The notes: generated by a model from the sequence alone, not told the origin. 64,000 bases of DNA from Candidatus Sulfomarinibacteraceae bacterium (GCA_963796455.1 CAWCLO010000004.1:608001-672000); one strand, 5' to 3'. Numbered from the stretch's first letter, positions 19,556 through 32,950 are shown. Made by a program: numbers and translations.

Positions 19556-20638
19556 TTGTCGAAATCGATCGTTGTCACGGCATTCCTCGTGGTGTTGGCC
19601 GGCAGCGGCATCACGCAGGAGATCTACAGTGACGGCTTCGAAGCGGGGAATCGCCTCGACTGGTCGAATATCGTGGCGCCTTGTGAAATCCCCACTGGCG
19701 CAGGCCTGGAGGATGTTTCAACTCCCACCACGGTCGTTGGCAGCGGAACGCCGGCGAGTTGTACCTCCGCAGCATTTGTCAGCGCCGTGGCCCTTGGTGG
19801 AATCATCACCTTCGATTGCGGTCCCGACCCGGTAACCATCACGCTCGACCAGACGGCCAGGGTTTTTAATGACACGGGACCAGAAATCGTCATCGACGGC
19901 GGAGGGTTGATCACGCTCAGTGGGGGAGGCATCCGGCGCATCCTTTATATGAACACCTGCGACGAGGACCTCGTGTGGACCACACCGCATTGCCAAAACC
20001 AGGACCACCCAGAGCTCACTGTACAGAACCTGACTTTCATCAACGCCAACTCCAAAAACGAGCCCGTGTACGACGGAGGAGGAGCCATATGGGCTCGCGG
20101 AGGCCGCTTCAAGATCGTCAATTGCAGCTTCTTTGACAATGTCTGCGAAGACGTCGGGCCTGATCTCGGTGGGGCAGCCGTCCGCGTCTTCAGTCAGTAC
20201 GAAGGACTGCCGGTCTATGTCGTCAACTCGCATTTCGGTGCGGCGCAGGGGTCCGGAAACACGTGTTCGAATGGGGGAGGGATCAGCAGCATCGGAGTTT
20301 CATGGACCGTCCTTAACAGCACGTTTTCCCGCAATCGTGCGATCGGTAATGGCGGGAATCCCTCCCAGTCGGGTACCCCGGGGGGCGGAAGCGGCGGCGC
20401 AATCTACAACGACGGCAACACGATGACGCTCTCCATTTGCGGTACGCGCATCGAGTACAACGAAGTCAACGCGCATGGAAGTGCCATCTTCTTCGTCAGC
20501 AACGACCACTCGGGCGACATCGTCATCGATCGTTCGGTCATCACCAACAACATCGGTGGTTCGTGGTATCCCACCTATCCTCAAATATCCAACCACTCCG
20601 ACACGCCGATTGAGGTGAAGGCCTCGATTATTCGATAG
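19556..20638 (+). CDS. Secreted beta-helix-like protein with GGAI repeats and N-terminal DGFE motif
   Basis: Signal peptide; IYSDGFEAG...W; GGGAIW, GGAIYN; GGAGG RBS. Confidence 0.8.
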   Translation: MSKSIVVTAFLVVLAGSGITQEIYSDGFEAGNRLDWSNIVAPCEIPTGAGLEDVSTPTTVVGSGTPASCTSAAFVSAVALGGIITFDCGPDPVTITLDQTARVFNDTGPEIVIDGGGLITLSGGGIRRILYMNTCDEDLVWTTPHCQNQDHPELTVQNLTFINANSKNEPVYDGGGAIWARGGRFKIVNCSFFDNVCEDVGPDLGGAAVRVFSQYEGLPVYVVNSHFGAAQGSGNTCSNGGGISSIGVSWTVLNSTFSRNRAIGNGGNPSQSGTPGGGSGGAIYNDGNTMTLSICGTRIEYNEVNAHGSAIFFVSNDHSGDIVIDRSVITNNIGGSWYPTYPQISNHSDTPIEVKASIIR

Positions 20639-20831
20639 GTCGTTTCACACAGCCACATCAGGCGATGCCAAGGCGTCAATTGATACGTGGTATCCCTGAT
20701 CCAAACAGACGATTGCCGAGTGGTGAACGTGGGGTTCTCATGGATGCCCTGTGCGTTGCAACCGCGCTCCGAAATCCCCGTATTCAAATGCAGAACGCGG
20801 AGAGCCCAATCGAACCCGGAGGTAGCGCAAG

Positions 20832-21651
20832 GTGTCTCGCACGATTGCCGCACTCGTTCTCCTTTTGGCCTTCACTTCCGTCGCCCCGGCGCAGGAAAAC
20901 GAAGAAAAACGTACCACTCGCCGCACGCAAGGTCAAGCTCGAAGAGCGAGCACAGAAGGCCTACGAGCAGATTGTCGCGGCGCAGACCGAACCCCTGGCT
21001 ACGACGGCCGAGGAAGTGGTCGACCGCTGTATCGCGTCGATGGGCGGTCGTGATGCACTGGTTTCTCTGCGAACCCTTTCCATGACTTCGACCGGTTTCA
21101 TGGTGGGGGGCAGATTCGGCGGCACGCGCCAGTTGAAGGCGCCCAACCTCATTCGGCAGGAACGGAATGAGGGACTCTTCGTCGTAACAGACGGCATAAC
21201 GGCCTGGCAGGTAGAGGGCGATGATTGGCAAGCTTTGCCGCCCGGTCAGTCGATGTGGCAACAAGTGTTCAGCATCACTCTCGATCTGATCGACTACAAG
21301 GCAAAGAACGTGGCCTATGATTTTGTCGAAACCGCGGCCCTCGAAGGAGGGGCGTTCTACAAGCTTCGCAAGACCATCAGCACCGGCAAGGAGATCTTCG
21401 TCTATTTCGACATCGCCACCGGTCTGCTCACGATGGAAGAGGAATTCGGAGAGAACGGCCGGATGGTCAACCTCTTCTATGATCACCGAGAGGTCGGTGG
21501 CGTGCTGCTGCCGCACATGAGAGTCCGCCTTGCCGAGGTCCTCGACACGGCCCACGTGGCCCTGCTCTCGTACGAGGCCAACCCGCCGCTCGACGACACC
21601 CTTTTCGAGCCCCAGATTGTGGCAGAATCAGACGAGACGTCGATTCAGTAG
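20832..21651 (+). pseudogene. Secreted hypothetical protein (LolA-like fold suspected), frameshift in A5 run 20905-20909
   Basis: Signal peptide MSRTIAALVLLLAF joins the long frame (TAEEVVDRCIASMGG; YDHREVGGVLLPH) if one A is removed. Confidence 0.7.
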
Positions 21652-21656
21652 ATTGA

Positions 21657-21667
21657 GGGTGCCACCA
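21657..21667. repeat. Left core GGGTGCCACCA
   Basis: 5 nt after the stop codon at 21651. Confidence 0.65.
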
Positions 21668-21700
21668 ATTACTCTGTGACTTCAAGGTGAGCGCAAACGA

Positions 21701-22255
21701 TCAGTCGTTTCCGAAATGTTGTTCCCACACCTGGTTCAAACAATCAGCCACCTCCGTTTCGTCAAAGGTGCGGAGCTGCTGAATCCGAAGGAAGAGATCG
21801 ACTCCAGTTTGATCGGGATCGTAGGGCTCCCACAGTCTGCGGTTAGAGGCGAGTAGGCAGTAAGAGCACTTCCATTCCCACTTTCGTTCGGATGAAGTGC
21901 ACAAACGGCAAGCACAAGAGAATCCGGACTTCTCTTCTTCGATGATAGTGCACCCACCAGATGTGCTTTGAGGGGCAGCGTTCGGGAAATCCCGTTCGCG
22001 AGCGAAGCGATATCGGCAATCTCGCTCCCGTCCAGCCATTGATACCGGCTCGTCGATTGGAAGACCAAATTGAATAGGTACCTCGATGACTTCGAATGAG
22101 ACTTCGTGGACCTCGCAAAAGAAGCGAGGGGCTTTTTCAGCTCTGCAGTACCGCTGACTCCTGCTTTCCTCGTCTTGCGGCTCCTGCCCTTGGCCAGGGA
22201 CGGCCGTGAACAATGAACAACAGATCATGGCAATCATCGCAAGGCTTCGCTTCAT
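21701..22255 (-). CDS. Cys-rich secreted hypothetical protein
   Basis: Signal peptide; CEVH...IQFGLP...FPNA...GGC.I...C..C. Confidence 0.6.
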   Translation of the reverse strand: MKRSLAMIAMICCSLFTAVPGQGQEPQDEESRSQRYCRAEKAPRFFCEVHEVSFEVIEVPIQFGLPIDEPVSMAGRERDCRYRFARERDFPNAAPQSTSGGCTIIEEEKSGFSCACRLCTSSERKWEWKCSYCLLASNRRLWEPYDPDQTGVDLFLRIQQLRTFDETEVADCLNQVWEQHFGND

Positions 22256-22435
22256 GCGTTCCTCCAACTCCATCGATCGCAGAGATCGAACAGTTTTCGA
22301 TTGAGAGTGCCGGCACGACAGAGAGTTCCCCCGATCACATTAGCGAGGTCCGCAGTTCAGTTTTATTCTGGATGGCGCAGTGGGCGAGGAGTCACCTCGA
22401 GCTTTGACCTGGTGTTGGAGCTTCCTCGTCACCCG

Positions 22436-22504
22436 CACAATTCAACAAATGTGAACGTTGCACCCATACATGCATGGCACCCATGTGCAGGAAGGGCGGC
22501 ACCC
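22436..22504. repeat. Type C right arm followed by two more cores
   Basis: CACAATTCAACAAATGTGAACGTTGCACCCAT; GGCACCC 22476; GGGCGGCACCC 22494. Confidence 0.8.
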
Positions 22505-22665
22505 TCTTAATCGGATGGCTTGACATCTGACCGATCGCGCCGAATATTGTAGGCAACAAAATATGTACAAGCTGAAGGGATGCATCTCATGTTTCAACAG
22601 AGTTTTGGGATTTGTAGCGTGAGATTTGCCCATCATATTGACACACTGGCCATCGAGAGGTCGTC

Positions 22666-23001
22666 ATGCGACGCAAGCTGCCTGTTTTTTTCTTGATAGT
22701 TGTCTGCTGTCTTATCTGGCCGGTTACGAAGCCTTCTGCGGGTGAGCAAGATGCCGTCACAAAATCGGCGGTTGTCGAGCTTGAAGGGTGGCACCTGGGA
22801 GGAGGCGGGGGGAGCAGCAAAGGCGGGCCCTTTGAAATTGGCGCAACGGTGGGCCAGACCAGCGTGGGGACGGCAGTCGGTGGGAGCTTCGTTCTCGAGG
22901 CTGGTTTGCTCGCAGGTGCTGCGCCTCCTGGCGGCTTCCTATTTGGAGACGGATTCGAGTCGAATTCGGCGAATTCGTGGACAGCCATCGTCGGTTGGTG
23001 A
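22666..23001 (+). CDS. Small secreted protein with C-terminal DGFES motif
   Basis: Signal peptide; GGGGGSS.GGPF...TVGQ; LFGDGFESNSANSW. Confidence 0.7.
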   Translation: MRRKLPVFFLIVVCCLIWPVTKPSAGEQDAVTKSAVVELEGWHLGGGGGSSKGGPFEIGATVGQTSVGTAVGGSFVLEAGLLAGAAPPGGFLFGDGFESNSANSWTAIVGW

Positions 23002-23036
23002 GAGCGTCGTCGACGCAGCAAACGGAGGAGAGAATC

Positions 23037-23954
23037 ATGCATATCAGGATGTTGTCGATTTGCCTGTCGGTGTTCGTTGGAGTCTGTTTCTTCCCCGTTA
23101 GAAGCGCCGAAAGCATGGATTCTGCGTTTTCGTATCAGGGCAACCTGAGTGTTTCCGACAGGCCTGCCGAAGGGAACTTCGATTTTAGATTCATCCTCTA
23201 CGGTTCGGAAATCGGAGGGTCGCAGGTCGGACCCATCCTGTATGGGGATGACATCGAGGTGTCAGGTGGTCTGTTCTCGCTTTACCTGAATTTCGGGGAC
23301 GAGGTGTTCGACGGAAGCCAGCGATGGCTCGAAGTGGCAGTTCGGTCCGGTGATGAGACCGGGGCCTACACACCGCTCGGACCGCGGCAGGCCATAATGC
23401 CGTCGCCGTACTCGCTGCGCGCCGGCCGTATCTCGTGGTCCGACATCGAGGACATCCCCGCGGGATACGCGGACGACGCTGACGCCGACCCGTCGAATGA
23501 ACTGCAAACCCTCTCGCTCGAAGGCACCTCGCTCAGTCTTTCACGGGAGGGCGGCACCGTTGTTCTTCCAGTGGGGGTGGTGAACGGATATACCGACCTG
23601 CCCGAGGCCGTGTATGGACCCCTAACTCTTTGGGAAATCGCGAGGGTCGACTTCACATTGGACGAAGAGAGCACTGTGTTGATTTTGGCCGACGTCAACG
23701 TCTGGGGTGAAGGAGCGTGCGAGGACGCAATCGAGTTAGAAATCAATGGAGAGCTCGAGCCCCGGACTTCGGTGCATGTTGATAACCAGGCCCCGGTCCC
23801 GAGTCCCGTCAATAACACCAACAATGGCGTCTCGGTTCATACCTCGTGGATGCAGACGCTTCCTGCCGGACAGAACTTCGTCAGATTGAAAACATGGGGT
23901 GGCTGCAACATCTACGTGAACCCTCATCTTCACGTGCTGGTGTTGAGCAATTGA
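23037..23954 (+). CDS. Secreted hypothetical protein
   Basis: Signal peptide; FSYQG.L...FDFRF.LY...GGLFS..LNFG...FDG..RWLEVAVR; DPSNELQTLSL; GGAGG RBS. Confidence 0.75.
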   Translation: MHIRMLSICLSVFVGVCFFPVRSAESMDSAFSYQGNLSVSDRPAEGNFDFRFILYGSEIGGSQVGPILYGDDIEVSGGLFSLYLNFGDEVFDGSQRWLEVAVRSGDETGAYTPLGPRQAIMPSPYSLRAGRISWSDIEDIPAGYADDADADPSNELQTLSLEGTSLSLSREGGTVVLPVGVVNGYTDLPEAVYGPLTLWEIARVDFTLDEESTVLILADVNVWGEGACEDAIELEINGELEPRTSVHVDNQAPVPSPVNNTNNGVSVHTSWMQTLPAGQNFVRLKTWGGCNIYVNPHLHVLVLSN

Positions 23955-23963
23955 TGATCGAAG

Positions 23964-24026
23964 GGGTGCCATCAGGGTGCCACCCATCATTCTCACAATT
24001 CAACAATTCGGTACGCGGCTCCTATG
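23964..24026. repeat. Doubled left core plus type C right arm
   Basis: GGGTGCCATCAGGGTGCCACCCAT...CACAATTCAACAATTCGGTACGCGGCTCCTATG. Confidence 0.8.
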
Positions 24027-24127
24027 CGTTTCTGATCTGGCTCGACTTTGACTGGGAGGTTTTCATTGAAACGATCGCGCCCGGCTCGAGCCGCGAGCCA
24101 TCTCACCGCGATCGGGAGGCCACGACG

Positions 24128-25246
24128 TCAGTCGTTAGCGGGTGAACCATTCTCCTGAACGCAGCGAATTCCCTCACCCTTGCGGGCAGGAACATAGCAT
24201 CCAAGACACGAAACGCAGGCAGCACGCTCCTGGTCCCCTTCGAGCCATCGCGTCGGGAGACCCGGCTCGCGGATAAGAGGTCGCGACATCGAGAAGTACT
24301 GGACGACTCCTTCGGCCAGGATTTTCTCCATGATCTCAGGCGACCGCATTCCTCCGACCAACATGAGCGGAACCTGGGGTGCAGCCTTCCCGATCGCTCG
24401 AGCCTGCGAGAGAAAATAGGCTTCCTCGTCGGGGCCCTTGATGTTGGGCCGCGCGGCACCGAGAAGACCCGATCCCGGTGTCCCACCCGATACCTCGATG
24501 GCATCGATTTCCTCTGCGGCGAGAGCAGATGCCAGAAACGTCGAATCTTTTTCGGTGGTTGACCCATCGAGGAAGTCGTTGGCGTTGAGCTTGATCATCA
24601 CCGGGAAGTCGGGACCTACCGTTGTACGGATCTTTCGGTAGACCTCGAGACAGAGTCGTGAACGGTTCAAGAGAGAACCGCCATATTCGTCGGTCCGGCG
24701 GTTGCGCAGCGGAGACAAAAAGGCGGCCAACAGGTATCCGTGTGCTCCGTGCAGTTGAACGCCGTCGAAGCCGGCTTGCTGGAGACGCCCGGCGGCAGCG
24801 CCGAAATCTTCGATGATCTGGCGGATTTCGTCGGCGGTCAGTTCGTGGGGTACTTCCGGGTAACCCGGATCCTCGATCGCACTCGGTGCAACCGGGTGGC
24901 GCCCGCCATTCTGTTCAGTATTGGCCTGACCGCCGCAGTGAACGATCTGCCCGACGATCTTGCCGCCGTGTTCGTGGACGATGTCGGCGAGAGAAGCAAG
25001 CCCGGGAATCAGATCGTCGCGATCGACAGCGATCTGGCCGAGGCTCTGTTGACCGATCTTTTGAATGTAGAGATAGCTGGAAATGATCAGACCGACGCCG
25101 CCCTCTGCCAGTTCTTTGTAGATGCGAAGCAGCTCAGGAGTCACCCGGCCATCAGCATCGGCCAGCCCCTCCCAGGTGGCGGATCGGACCAGGCGATTAG
25201 CCAGCTCGAGACCGCTCAGTTCGGTTGGTTCAAATATTCCAGTCAT
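24128..25246 (-). CDS. NADH:flavin oxidoreductase (Old Yellow Enzyme family)
   Basis: NRLVRSATWE, GFDGVQLHGAHGYLL, NRRTDEYGGS, CVSCLGC. Confidence 0.92.
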   Translation of the reverse strand: MTGIFEPTELSGLELANRLVRSATWEGLADADGRVTPELLRIYKELAEGGVGLIISSYLYIQKIGQQSLGQIAVDRDDLIPGLASLADIVHEHGGKIVGQIVHCGGQANTEQNGGRHPVAPSAIEDPGYPEVPHELTADEIRQIIEDFGAAAGRLQQAGFDGVQLHGAHGYLLAAFLSPLRNRRTDEYGGSLLNRSRLCLEVYRKIRTTVGPDFPVMIKLNANDFLDGSTTEKDSTFLASALAAEEIDAIEVSGGTPGSGLLGAARPNIKGPDEEAYFLSQARAIGKAAPQVPLMLVGGMRSPEIMEKILAEGVVQYFSMSRPLIREPGLPTRWLEGDQERAACVSCLGCYVPARKGEGIRCVQENGSPAND

Positions 25247-25295
25247 GGGTTCGGGCCCCCTTCGGAGACTTACTTTACCGCGGCCCTGGAGAGCT

Positions 25296-25373
25296 GGGCA
25301 CCCAAACTGGAACGAAGCCATGGCTCATCCGAATTTTCTGTTGCAGAGTGGTACCCAAACATATGGTACCGAT
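25296..25373. repeat. Three right-type cores
   Basis: GGGCACCCAAAC 25296; GTGGTACCCAAAC 25348; ATGGTACCGAT 25363. Confidence 0.6.
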
Positions 25374-25386
25374 ACGAAATATCGTT

Positions 25387-27518
25387 TTATGGCGACGGCG
25401 TCATCGTCGGTGTTGGAGTTGGTGTCGGATCACCCTCGTATTCGAGTGATGCACAAACGTTGAGGCACTCCATCACCGGCGCACTGGTATTGAGGATGGC
25501 GAAATCCAGACACACCTGGTAGGTGCCCGCAGGACGGAGATGATACGAGTGATCCGCGTGCCACGATGCGGTAGCGCCCGCCATGATGTTGAGGGTCGGC
25601 GGGTTCCAATGGTCGGGCTCCACATCCACAGGTGAGACGTAGCTGTTGCCGTGCCAGTAGGTGTAGGCGGCTGAGCTCGACGAGGAGTTGACCGAAAAGA
25701 AATCGACGTAGTGGGCTGCCGACCCGGGATGCCACGTCCAGACGGTGCGCGTGATTTCGAGATATGGCGGTCCCGGTGCAAAAACGGTCAGTCCGTTGGT
25801 GATGGTGGCCGTGAAATCATCGTTGCCCGAAGCCTGAAGGTTGGTTACGGTTACCAGCCCGCAGTCCACCTCTGGAACCGGAGTGTTGGTTCGGGTCGGC
25901 GTCTGGGTGGCCGTGGGTGGAGGTGTATGAGTGCTGGTCGGTTCGGGGGGGACGTGGCGGTCGGCACCACCGTCGGGGTTCCGGTCGGCGTCATGGTTGG
26001 GGTTCCGGTCGGCGTGCTCGTTGGCGTTGGAGTTGCCGTGATCGTGGGTGTAGCGGTTGGCGTTGGCGTGGGAACCGGGTAAGAAGCCGACCACTTCGAG
26101 CTATTTCCAGTTTCGAAACCATCTTCGAATATCAGCTCTCCAACCAGGTAGATATAGGCCGTTCCTGCGTTCATGACGGGATCACCCGGGCCGCCGTCCT
26201 CAAAGAATGCCCCGACAACGGCGACGCCGCCGTTGACCGAGACGGCGACGCCGAAATTGTCTTGGGCCGCAGCATCTGGAGCCCGCAAAATCCGTCGTTC
26301 GCCCCAGTTTTCTTCGCCTCCGAAATTCCGTTCGAACTGATAAACAGCGCCGGCGCTTGGCAATTGTCCGCCCTCGCCGCCGTCCTCGTCGAATGCGCCG
26401 ACGATGATCGTGTCGTCATCGAGGGAGACCGAGAACCCGAACAGATCGTCAGGCTGCGCATCGGAGGCGGTGAGTTTTACCACTTCGCCCCAGGCGCCTG
26501 CTCCACCGTGGTTTCGCTCGAAAATATAGGCAGCCCCGGCGTTGGACATCGGGTCTCCAGTACCGCCGTCCTCGAAATCAGCCGCGACGACCAGGGTGTC
26601 ACCGTCCAGGGCGAGGGAAGTGCCGAAATGGTCGTCGGATTGAGCATCGGAGGCCCGCAGGACCGCAACCTCGCCCCAGGCGTCTGTTCCGCCCTCATTT
26701 CGTTCAAAAATATAGACGGCGCCGACGTCGGGCGTGGGATTTCCTTCACCGCCGTCCTCCCCGATGGCGCCGATTGCGATCGTATCGTTCGAGATGGCCA
26801 CTGCACTTCCGAAACTGTCGTGTGCCCGGTGTTCTGATGGGCGAAGGATAGCGACCTCGCCCCACCCGTCCACTCCGCCAAGGTCGCGGTCGAAGACGTA
26901 GGCACTTCCGGCCAGCCAGAGCGGATCCTGAAGACCGCCGTCTTCCCATCGGGCCCCGACCACCAGCGTGTCGTTGTCCAGCGCCACCGCGCTGCCAAAG
27001 ATATCTCCGCCCTGGCCGTCGGACGCCCGGATTTCGGCCACTTGTCCCCATTGATTCTCACCATCTCGGTGTCGATCGAAGATGTAGACGGCGCCGGCGT
27101 CCTCCGGGTCGAGTCCGATTCCGCCGTCCACCTTTCTGGCGCCGACGGCGACGGTGTCTCCATCGATCGCGACGGGAAGTCCGAACCAGTCTTCGGTATC
27201 CGGTCGGAAAAGACGCAGGATCTTGGTCTCACCCCAGGAGCCTGGGCCGCCCTGATCGCGCTCAAAAAGGTAAACGGCGCCGGCATCGAGCGTTGGATCA
27301 CCCGCGCCGCCGTCCTCGAGAAAGGCGCCCACCGCCAGCGTGTCGCCGCTGAGAGAAACCGACGCGCCGAAATTGTCATCACTTTGCGGGTCGGAGGCAT
27401 ACACCACCGCATGCGTCTGGGAAAGCTCACTTTTGGCGGAGGCGAGGATCGATGCGACCCCCGCCAGGAGGAGCAGTGCAAGGGTGGCGGTGCCAAGAAC
27501 GAGCCGGTTGCGAGCCAT
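25387..27518 (-). CDS. FG-GAP repeat secreted protein with DGFE motif, Pro/Thr linker and C-terminal domain; frameshift in C7 run at 25945-25951
   Basis: Seven ASDxQxxDxFGxSVxxxGDT...GA repeats; IFEDGFETG; PTPTPT linker continues in ORF 25387..26094. Confidence 0.8.
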
Positions 27519-27651
27519 GGTTCCTCCGATTCGCACCGTTTCGAGATTTTTCCCGTAAAAACTCAGCAATTGGTGCGACTCTAAACAACCATACGGTCGG
27601 ACTGGTGAGTGTGTCAACAATAGGTATCACCAGCAATCGAAAGCTCGCAAG

Positions 27652-27681
27652 TGGGTGGCCCTCAGGGCACCCATGCCCACT
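27652..27681. repeat. Core cluster GGGTGGCCCTCAGGGCACCCATGCCCAC
   Basis: Exact GGCACCC at 27666 in a divergent spacer. Confidence 0.55.
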
Positions 27682-27739
27682 TGATGTTCGCTCTTCAGGC
27701 GGTACCATCGAAGGAGAGGAACTTCTTGGGAGGACGAAC

Positions 27740-28642
27740 ATGGGATCACGCGAGGTTGTCGACCTGGAGGCGAAGCTTTTCGACGTGGAGAAGAGGGGCC
27801 CCGTGAGGCTGGCGTGTCTGTGCGGACTGATCTTGAGCATCGCCCTTTCGCCGGTTTCTGGCCAGGATCCTCCACGGTCCGCGAACGATCCTGAGGTCAC
27901 GAAACTGGTCGGCGAGGGCACCACGGCCTTTCAAGCCCAGAATTACAAGGCCGCATTCAAAAAGTTTCAACTCGCCGATGAGTTGGCCGATGGAACGTCA
28001 TGGGATGCGTTGGCCGGCGCGGGGTCGGCTTCGCTGCAGATGGGCAAGCCCGCCAGGGCCCGCGAGTACGCCGAACGGCTCGTTCAGATGGAGCAGGATC
28101 CCCAGCGGAAAGGCATTTCACTCCATTTGCTCGGCGTGAGCCTCGGCCGGCTCAACAAACTGTCGGAGTCGGAAGCCGCTCTTCGAGAATCCCTGGCCCT
28201 CCGGCCCGACCGGCCGCTCCAGACGCGAATCTCACTGGTCTCCGTTCTGTGCCGACAGGGCAGGCACGACGAGGGGCTCGCGTTCTTCGATGAGGAGGGT
28301 AAATGCGCCGAAGGCAGTGCCGATCTCCATCGGAAAGAATGGACGGCACCGGAACGATTCGAACTCGATGGACCGATCACCGAGCCGATCAGGCTGTCAG
28401 GAGCTTACCCGGAATACCCTGAGCAGGATCGCCTGGCGCGGATCGAGGGCACCGTGGTGCTCGATTCGCTCATAGGCGCCGACGGGTCGATCCTCTGCGT
28501 CTACGTGCTGGATGGACCGACCCCCGATATGAGCTGTGCGGCTGCGATCGCCGTCATGAACTGGAAGTTCAAACCCTCCACCCTCGAGGGCGAGCCGGTC
28601 GAGGTCTATTACAACCTGGCCGTCAGATTCAACCTGCAGTGA
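27740..28642 (+). CDS. TPR + TonB C-terminal domain protein
   Basis: TPR-like helices; PEYPE..R.ARIEGTVVL...IG.DG...WKFKP..LEGEPV. Confidence 0.8.
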   Translation: MGSREVVDLEAKLFDVEKRGPVRLACLCGLILSIALSPVSGQDPPRSANDPEVTKLVGEGTTAFQAQNYKAAFKKFQLADELADGTSWDALAGAGSASLQMGKPARAREYAERLVQMEQDPQRKGISLHLLGVSLGRLNKLSESEAALRESLALRPDRPLQTRISLVSVLCRQGRHDEGLAFFDEEGKCAEGSADLHRKEWTAPERFELDGPITEPIRLSGAYPEYPEQDRLARIEGTVVLDSLIGADGSILCVYVLDGPTPDMSCAAAIAVMNWKFKPSTLEGEPVEVYYNLAVRFNLQ

Positions 28643-28667
28643 GGGCCGCGCCCTGCCAGGGTTCCTG

Positions 28668-28730
28668 GGGTGCCATCCATGCAGCCGCACTCACAAAGGC
28701 AGGATTGAGTGACTGCGGAGGCTGGCACCA
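28668..28730. repeat. Complete type B element
   Basis: GGGTGCCATCCATG...GATTGAGTGACTGCGGAGGCTGGCACCA. Confidence 0.8.
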
Positions 28731-28835
28731 TATTTTTTATCCGGCCGCCGCGGTGGTGCCCGCGGCGAAGAACGCCGCGAGCAAAGCCACCCCGATTGCC
28801 GGCGATCGCGTGAGCGACAGAGGCCTGCTCAGACC

Positions 28836-29579
28836 CTACGAGTCGAGCCAGTTCACCTGGCCGGTGGCCAGGTCGTAAACGCCGCCGACCACGAGAAGCT
28901 CGCCGTTGTCGACCAACTCGGAGATCACCTCGCTGGAATCGAGCAAGTTGGCGATGGTCTCGCGCACGTTTTCCTCGATGGCCAAATTGAGGAAAGCCGC
29001 GTTCGACGAGTTGGCCTCGCCCTCGGTCGCTGCGTCAGCTCTCGCAATGGGGGCGTCGAAGTCGTTCAGCAGTTCAGTGAGGTTGCCGAGTTCGACACCG
29101 TCTGCGGCTCCTTTGATGGCTCCGCACGAGCTGTGGCCAAGAATCAGAATGACCTTGGAGCCGGCGACCTTGGTAGCGAACTCGAAGCTGCCGACCATGT
29201 TGACGTCCTCGACATTGCCGGCCACGCGACCGACGAAGACGTCGCCGATACCCTGGTCGAAGATGATCTCCACTGGGACCCTGGAGTCGACGCAGCTCAG
29301 GATGGTCGCCTTTGGAAACTGCCCGCCGGCGGCGGTTGCTTCGGCCTGAGCCATGTAATCACGCGGTGTCAGCAGACCCGCCGAGAAGCGCTCATTGCCC
29401 GCCTTGAGATCGGCGAGGACCTGCTGTGGAGTCATGGCCTGCTGGGCGGCAGCCGTGAGGACGTCGTGCACGAGCTCGGGTCCTGGTGGAATTTCGGCTA
29501 CCGGCGCCGGTGGGGGAGCGCACCCGACGCTGGCGAGAGCGGCCGCGGCAGCAAGAGCAATCAATAGAGGAGTCTTCAT
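28836..29579 (-). CDS. Beta-class carbonic anhydrase (lipoprotein)
   Basis: LSCVDSRV, RVAGN, LGHSSCGA; lipobox VGC. Confidence 0.92.
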   Translation of the reverse strand: MKTPLLIALAAAAALASVGCAPPPAPVAEIPPGPELVHDVLTAAAQQAMTPQQVLADLKAGNERFSAGLLTPRDYMAQAEATAAGGQFPKATILSCVDSRVPVEIIFDQGIGDVFVGRVAGNVEDVNMVGSFEFATKVAGSKVILILGHSSCGAIKGAADGVELGNLTELLNDFDAPIARADAATEGEANSSNAAFLNLAIEENVRETIANLLDSSEVISELVDNGELLVVGGVYDLATGQVNWLDS

Positions 29580-29720
29580 GTTTGGTTCCTTTCGGTTGGT
29601 CCGTCACCACGTTCGAATCGGCGGTCGAGGCGCGGAAGGTACTCGATATTCTCAGTTGGCCGAACTCCTGCGAAACGCAACAATATTCCTGATCTTCCAT
29701 AGACATGCTGAATTCCAACG

Positions 29721-29758
29721 GGGTGCAACAGAGAGGTTGCCTTTGCTGAGTGGCACCT
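29721..29758. repeat. Short element GGGTGCAAC...GTGGCACCT
   Basis: Directly beyond the katG terminator. Confidence 0.6.
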
Positions 29759-29765
29759 GGGGTGG

Positions 29766-29798
29766 AAAAAAACGGCGGCGTTTTGAACGCCGCCGTTT
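29766..29798 (-). terminator. Rho-independent terminator of katG
   Basis: 13-bp stem AAACGGCGGCGTT/AACGCCGCCGTTT ending in a U7 run on the minus strand. Confidence 0.85.
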
Positions 29799-29850
29799 GT
29801 CTGTCCGCGTCATGAATATTCGCGTGGCAGAGAGCTCATTCGACCATCTG

Positions 29851-32127
<2,277 letters not shown>

Positions 32128-32321
32128 TCAAAAAGTCTGTAATCGTTCATCGTCTCAACCGACACTTCTATTCCAACCAGGGAACGCCGACGAATTCTTC
32201 CATTTCTTATTCCGGAGGACGGCACCCAATGAGTTTTCATACTTTTGAAATATTCGAGCCCCTTTCATGAGTTAGCCGACCATCGATAACAAATCCGCCT
32301 GATGGCGGAGAGGAGTCCAAG

Positions 32322-32846
32322 ATGAGAAAGTTTGTGTTTGTTCTGGCGACGATTGTTCTAATGTCCGCAGCCCCGCTGTTTGCGCATTGTGGTTCCTGCG
32401 GAACAGGTGAGGCACACGACCATGTCGCTGAAGCTGCTTCTGCCGATATCGTCGGTGTGGCTTCCTCGGCCGGCACCTTCAACACCCTGCTCGCGGCGGC
32501 CAAGGCAGCGGGTCTGGTGGACACGTTGCAGTCCGCCGGTCCATTCACCGTCTTCGCGCCCACCGATGAGGCATTTGCCAAGTTGCCCGAAGGCATGATT
32601 GAAAGCCTGCTCGCCGACCCGGAAAAGCTCAAGCAGGTATTGCTCTACCACGTTGTTTCCGGCACGGTGCTGGCCAGCGACGTGGTCGGCCTGTCGAGCG
32701 CCACGACCGTTCAGGGTTCTGACATCGCCATCGCCGTCTCGGGCGGCACCGTGATGATCAACAACGCCACAGTGGTAAAAACTGACGTGATGGCTTCCAA
32801 CGGCGTGATTCACGTCATCGACACGGTCATCGTGCCCTCCGCCTGA
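32322..32846 (+). CDS. Fasciclin domain protein
   Basis: [29 protein letters not shown]. Confidence 0.93.
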   Translation: MRKFVFVLATIVLMSAAPLFAHCGSCGTGEAHDHVAEAASADIVGVASSAGTFNTLLAAAKAAGLVDTLQSAGPFTVFAPTDEAFAKLPEGMIESLLADPEKLKQVLLYHVVSGTVLASDVVGLSSATTVQGSDIAIAVSGGTVMINNATVVKTDVMASNGVIHVIDTVIVPSA

Positions 32847-32868
32847 CTTTGAATTTCGAGTGAGATGG

Positions 32869-32897
32869 ACGGTCCGCGCGATGCGGGCCGTTTTTTT
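32869..32897 (+). terminator. Rho-independent terminator
   Basis: ACGGTCCGC/GCGGGCCGT stem with T7. Confidence 0.75.
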
Positions 32898-32950
32898 GTC
32901 TGGTGCAGGATCCAGTACCCTGACCGGGCATTATACTGGCGGGAGTTTCT

